NCBI GenBank assembly: GCA_013265495.1
Contig: MU058221.1
Location: 1,736,001-1,800,000 of the forward strand
Reading direction: 5' to 3'
Length of the DNA: 64,000 bases
Source: Vicugna vicugna
Lineage: Eukaryota
In this document: one piece after another, positions 59,336 to 64,000 of the stretch
Layout: the number at the start of each line of letters is the position of its first letter
Numbering within the stretch: position 1 is the first letter of the stretch
Made by a program: the position numbers and the translations under genes
Notes under the pieces: model-generated
Told to the model about the DNA's origin: nothing
Database searches by the model: none
Seen by the model: the letters and a program-made list of their open reading frames with translations, nothing else

Positions 59336-61185
59336 AGACTTAGCACAGCTCTGAAAAGAGAACAAATACTCAGTGTGTTCTCTGCTCCCCAAAGTATCCG
59401 CTTCCTATGCTGGCTCTTTTTTTCCATAGTATTAAACCAGGAACAGGATATCAAATAGAGACCTCGAATTTAAAAGGTACCTGACAGTACTTACTTTATA
59501 GATTATTAGAAGGATTCAATTTGGTAATGTATTTGAAAGTTGCATAAAATTTCACTTAACAATTACACTTTTCTCACAACCTGCATTTTTTTATTCAACA
59601 TGTTGTCAGTCATTTCCTATTTCTTTAAGCGTAAGACTAGATAACTGTCGTTGGTGCGTATTATTGTAATCTATTTCAGGGTTATTCTGTAATTAGTTTA
59701 ACTGCTCCCTCTTCAAGGACGTGTCACGTATGTTTCATTATTGTATACAACGCCGTGATGAACAATCTCATATCCTTGCGCTTATCCACCTATCTTTGCT
59801 CACGTTCATCTTCAGGTTTGATGCAACTGACTAAAAGGCCATCCAAAAAATTAATTGGGCTCAATATTTTGACAGTTCTCAATTTATTTTGTTTCATGTT
59901 CTTTACTGTTCAATTCTTGCTTCCTTCTCAGGGCAGAGCCCACATGCATTGTCTCCCCGGCATTTATTTCTGCCGACAACCTTGGTGCTTACCTCGCCAT
60001 ATTCTGCAAAGCCACTTCTTCAACTTGCAGGCTTTCTTTTTTTTAATTAAACACCCTGAGTTGGGAGAATCAGGTTGCGACATTAGATTTCATGTGCTAA
60101 TAAAATTCAAATTAAATGCCAGCTCTGGGCCAGAAGTAAAAGGCCACGGACACAAGAAATGGTGCCAATTTTCTCTTTCAATCAATGGAAAATGTGCTTT
60201 TCTCCACTAGGCTGGCTTTTGTGTCTTTTAGTTCCAGCCTCCACACACACACACACACACACACACACGCCTTTTTTTCTAACTGTATCTTTTTTCTACT
60301 CCTTGCCAGGTGTTGCACAAAGTGACTTCTTAAAAAGCTCTTTAACAAGGAAGTGCTGAGGAATGGAATATTACAGGGAAACGACCCTCCATCCCCACTT
60401 CTCTATCTCCAACGTCTACCAATTTTTTTGACGATATCCTTTCAAGCATCACTCTTCCTCCTCCACTGTACCCCTGCGGTGCTCCCTGGACTGCTAAGGT
60501 GCAAACTGAGTATTTGGTTATACACTCTGCTGAACGTTTCCAGGATGGGAATCTTGCTTCCTCCAACAAAATAGCAAGTTTCCTAAGGCAGGAATTTTGG
60601 CTTCTCTTTTGTTCTGCCTCCCTTCATACATACTTACAAATAATAAACAGTACAACTTCCATAAACATTTATTAATAGGTTGCTGGCAATAGTGGGGAGC
60701 TAAAGAGGAAAGTGTTGACCCAAGTTCCCGAAATTCCATCCCCAGATTCTGTAAAATCAAACAGTGGATTCAAGATCTTAACACATACAACTTTAAAGAA
60801 CATTCACCGAAACAGAGACAAGTAATCATACTGTCTGTCTGTAGTTACAGAAAGGAGACTCCGAATTGTCTGACCTCCTGAATCACTGTGCTCATCCCTC
60901 TGAACTTTTTAAATTTATACAGAACTTTTACCTTTTCAAACTTTCGAAGCATTTCCAGCAGCGTACATTACGGGTCAAGAAAGAATTAAGGACTTTAAAA
61001 GTCCTTTCTTCTGGGATCATAGAGGTTCAGTGGGAGCTGTGAGATTTGCTTAACAAACACTTGCTCTTTCTTCATTTACAGCTCTTATGTGTTCTTACAT
61101 TTGTCTAATGTGCACCTGAGCACCTTCTAGGTGCCAGATACTGTGCTAGGCATTGAGGACTCTGCAATAAGGCAGACAGGCAAGG

Positions 61186-61290
61186 TGGGAGGGTGTAGCT
61201 CGGAGGTAGAGTACATGCTTGGCATGCATCAGGTCCTGGGTTCAATCCCCGGGACACCCATTAAAATGTAGTTTTTAAAAAAAAAAAAAA
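61186..61290 (+). mobile_element. tRNA-derived SINE (camelid Vic-1-like)
   Basis: gggagggtgtagctcggaggtagagtacatgcttggcatgcatcaggtcctgggttcaatcccc with A box, B box (GGTTCAATCCC) and A-rich tail; sits in an L2 3' end. Confidence 0.8.
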
Positions 61291-61649
61291 GACAGATAAG
61301 AAATTTATGTTCATGGACCTCTTTGCGCTGGAAAGTTGAATGATAAATGGGAAGCACATATAAAAGTGAGGACTTCCTCTCCACCCCCCACTCCCCGCTG
61401 GGTAAAGTAAAACTTTCTTTGCAGTACTTTGTTCAGAGGGGTTTTCCAAGCCACAGGACCCAGAGGACTCCTGGAGGCTTGCAAAGCATTAACCTCTTAA
61501 GTCCCAAACCAGTACTAACAGTGTCTCTCAATTTGCTTTCTGTTTTGTCTTCTCAGTTGGTGTCTGTTCAAAATTCCTCCTCCCATGAGCCTCAGAGGCA
61601 TGGGTAGGTCTCTTACCTCCTTCTTGCTCAGCATTGCTACTTCCAAAAC

Positions 61650-63090
61650 AAGGTTTTAATCACACCTTGAACATCTGCTTTGCTGTACACGAGTCAACCG
61701 TTTCCTTTTCTGCCCTCAATTCTCATTGGCATCGGTCTCTGCCCCTCTTACCCCCTCGCCGAGGATGTGGGCATCCAGTGCATGAAAACCCCCTCTGCCC
61801 CTAATCCTGCCTTCTCCTGAATGTGTTCAGTGTTTTGAGGACAACCAGTCCTCAGTTCCATCTTAAAAATGCTTTGAGGGACCTTTGTCACCTGTCTACT
61901 GCAGCCACCCACGTCCATTGTATTTTGGATCTGGTCATTGCCTAGAAACTTTCCACGTCTGAAATCTCAGCCTTACTACCACCTTCTGCCTCTTTTATGT
62001 TTAAACAAGAATTTTGGAGGAAATTCCTGAAACACCAACTTTGCAACCCTATCAGGACCTGCAGGTTCCAGATTACTTCAGTGTCCCATCCAACATCACT
62101 TTCTCCTGTCTTCCGCTAGACCTCATGGTTCGTTTCATTATTCCTTCTCCTTTACCCTTAAAGCCCTCTGTCACCTGTCCTGCAACCACGACTTGGGTTA
62201 ATGCAACCATTTAGTTTCTCCACACCTGTTTCCACACTGCCAAGGAGATTCATTCAACCATACAGATCAGAGACAGTACAAATCCATCCGCTCCCAAAAT
62301 CAATCAACCAATCTATCTATCTGTCTATCCATCTATCTGTCTCTCCATCTATCTCTCTATCCTTCTCTCTCTCTATCTCTCTATCTACCTGTCTTTTATC
62401 TACTTATTGCTTTACAATAACCCTTTTCTCTGATTTTCACTCTTTTCCTTTCCCTTTTTCCCCCCTTATAACCAAATCCTGAGACAGATTGTCCACACTT
62501 ACGGAAACAAATAAGTAACTAGAAGTACTTACTCATCCATTTTCCATTCGGTCTCTAAATCGCTACAGTCTGTTTTCAGCACCTGTCACTTCATGCAGCT
62601 GCTTCCCCCGAAGCCACTCACACTCACGATCCCAGTTCTCCCCAAGCCAGTCTGTCCTCATCATTCTTATGCTGCTACAACATTTGAACACTCCGCCCAC
62701 CCCCCCAAAGAACAAGTCTGCCTTACGTGATGTCACTCCTCTGTTCCCCCGAATTCTGGCTGTTCCGTCTCAGTTTCTCCTCGGGGTCTTTTTCCTGTTC
62801 TCCCTCTGATTATCTTCCCATCATAAGTGCTCCCCAAGTTTCCCCTCTGCTCATTCTTCTCCTCTCTGTACAGAGTCTCTCTTTCATGTGCAAAGGCCCA
62901 GCTCCCCTTTAGACGCTGAGGTTCCCAAATCCTATATCTAAGTCAAAACTCTCCCCAGAGCTTCAGCCCGGTCTGCCTGCTGCGCATCCCCACCGAGATA
63001 TACTATCAGCATTTCAAGCTCCAAACATCCCAAACTGAATACACCTTCTCTTCCTTCAAATGCCCTCTCCACAAATCTGTGCCTGGTGCA
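61650..63090 (+). mobile_element. Long degraded L2 fragment containing a (TCTA)n tract (~62300-62400)
   Basis: tggatctggtcattgcc..acatttgaacac..cctggttctc-like and cccaaatcctatatc..atttcaagctccaaacatcccaaactgaa. Confidence 0.6.
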
Positions 63091-64000
63091 CAGCTGGTGG
63101 AACAAAGATATTGCAGGTGAGCAGAGAGAACTTTGGACTTGGAATCACTGAGTGACTTATCCAACGTAACATCTCCTGACCACCTACAGATCTCAGAAGC
63201 TAGATCTTCATGTGAAGAGCCATTCATCATTCATTCTTTAACAGCTTCTTAAAGGTTTAGGACTTAAAGGGTTAACGGCTTTGCAAGCTTCATTCTTAGT
63301 CATTCAGTCCCCTTCCTTAGCAGCTTCTCCAGCAGCTTTGCTGACAAGACTGCCTCTGAGATGGGCTTTGTGGTGCGGGGTCTCCAGGCTGGAGCAGGCA
63401 ACACAGCTGATCTGTGGATTCACGCGTCCGGCAGGGCGTGACGGCCAGTCTACACGGTCCTCCAGCCTTGCTTCTGGACCTCACAGGTCGGGTTAATTGG
63501 GATGTCTTTAGCAAGTGATGGGAGGAGCCAATCCTTGGATGTACCCCGTTAGTTGGTTTAGCCTGTCAGCATGATTTTGATTGTTTAGTGCCATCGTCAC
63601 AGGTTTCAAGAGGCGAAACAGGCGAAGCGGCTAATAAGTTAAGAACGCTTTGACTGAGTTCCATGAGGATGCAACGCGCATTGTGCAGGTTAATTGAATT
63701 TTTATGGATTAGTTCGCTTTTCTGGATTCTAAGAGGTTGCTCTGTTTCAGAGCCCGCTGCCAAGCCAGTGATGGGAGAAATTAGAAATCCCAAACTAAAT
63801 AAATTGCCCCTGCTTTTCACCGTGGGGGTCATTATGCACAAAGCAGCAAACGTGAAATGAGTAGGGAAGACGTTACAACGGAATTCTCGGTGACGCGGAC
63901 GTGTCAACAGCAATGCAAGGAAAACTTGTGATCTTACAGTAAACGATCAGACGGAGGACTTGCTCGCTGCAACGTTTGGAGTTTCCCATAACTGAAGCAA

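Noticed and set aside
61186..61260. Possible tRNA gene
   Set aside because: A and B boxes are present, but the stems are degenerate and an A-rich tail follows; it is a tRNA-derived SINE.
1..64000. CRISPR arrays, operons or other prokaryotic systems
   Set aside because: The sequence is mammalian (spliceosomal introns, LINE/SINE/LTR content); no regularly spaced repeat-spacer array was seen.

Overview
Mammalian (eutherian) genomic DNA, most likely camelid. This is inferred from a tRNA-derived Vic-1-like SINE at ~61.2 kb and camelid/artiodactyl-type L1 3' ends, all recognised from memory without a database search. I find no intact protein-coding gene. The only recognisable gene is an unprocessed REG3 (PAP/lithostathine C-type lectin) copy at ~2.0-3.5 kb on the + strand. 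It has a promoter with STAT-type sites, a non-coding exon 1 and three coding exons. It also has a destroyed exon-2 donor, a +4 and a -1 indel that restore the frame, and no detectable last two exons. The rest is intergenic-like: two CpG-rich islands (~7.2-7.6 kb, ~37.5-38.1 kb), many L1/L2/L3/MIR/MLT/MER fragments, a dense ERV1-type solo-LTR cluster including four MER41-like LTRs (some with GAS/ARE motifs), and simple repeats. The most unusual structures are recent, exact local copy events: a 77-bp perfect inverted copy (51350-51426 / 52428-52504), a 179-bp perfect direct copy with a 20-bp flanking duplication (57399-57577 / 58367-58545), and a nested poly(A)/TSD stack at ~33.9-34.1 kb. Apart from REG3 and L1 remnants, the supplied ORFs look spurious. 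Repeat family names and most repeat boundaries are by-eye estimates.
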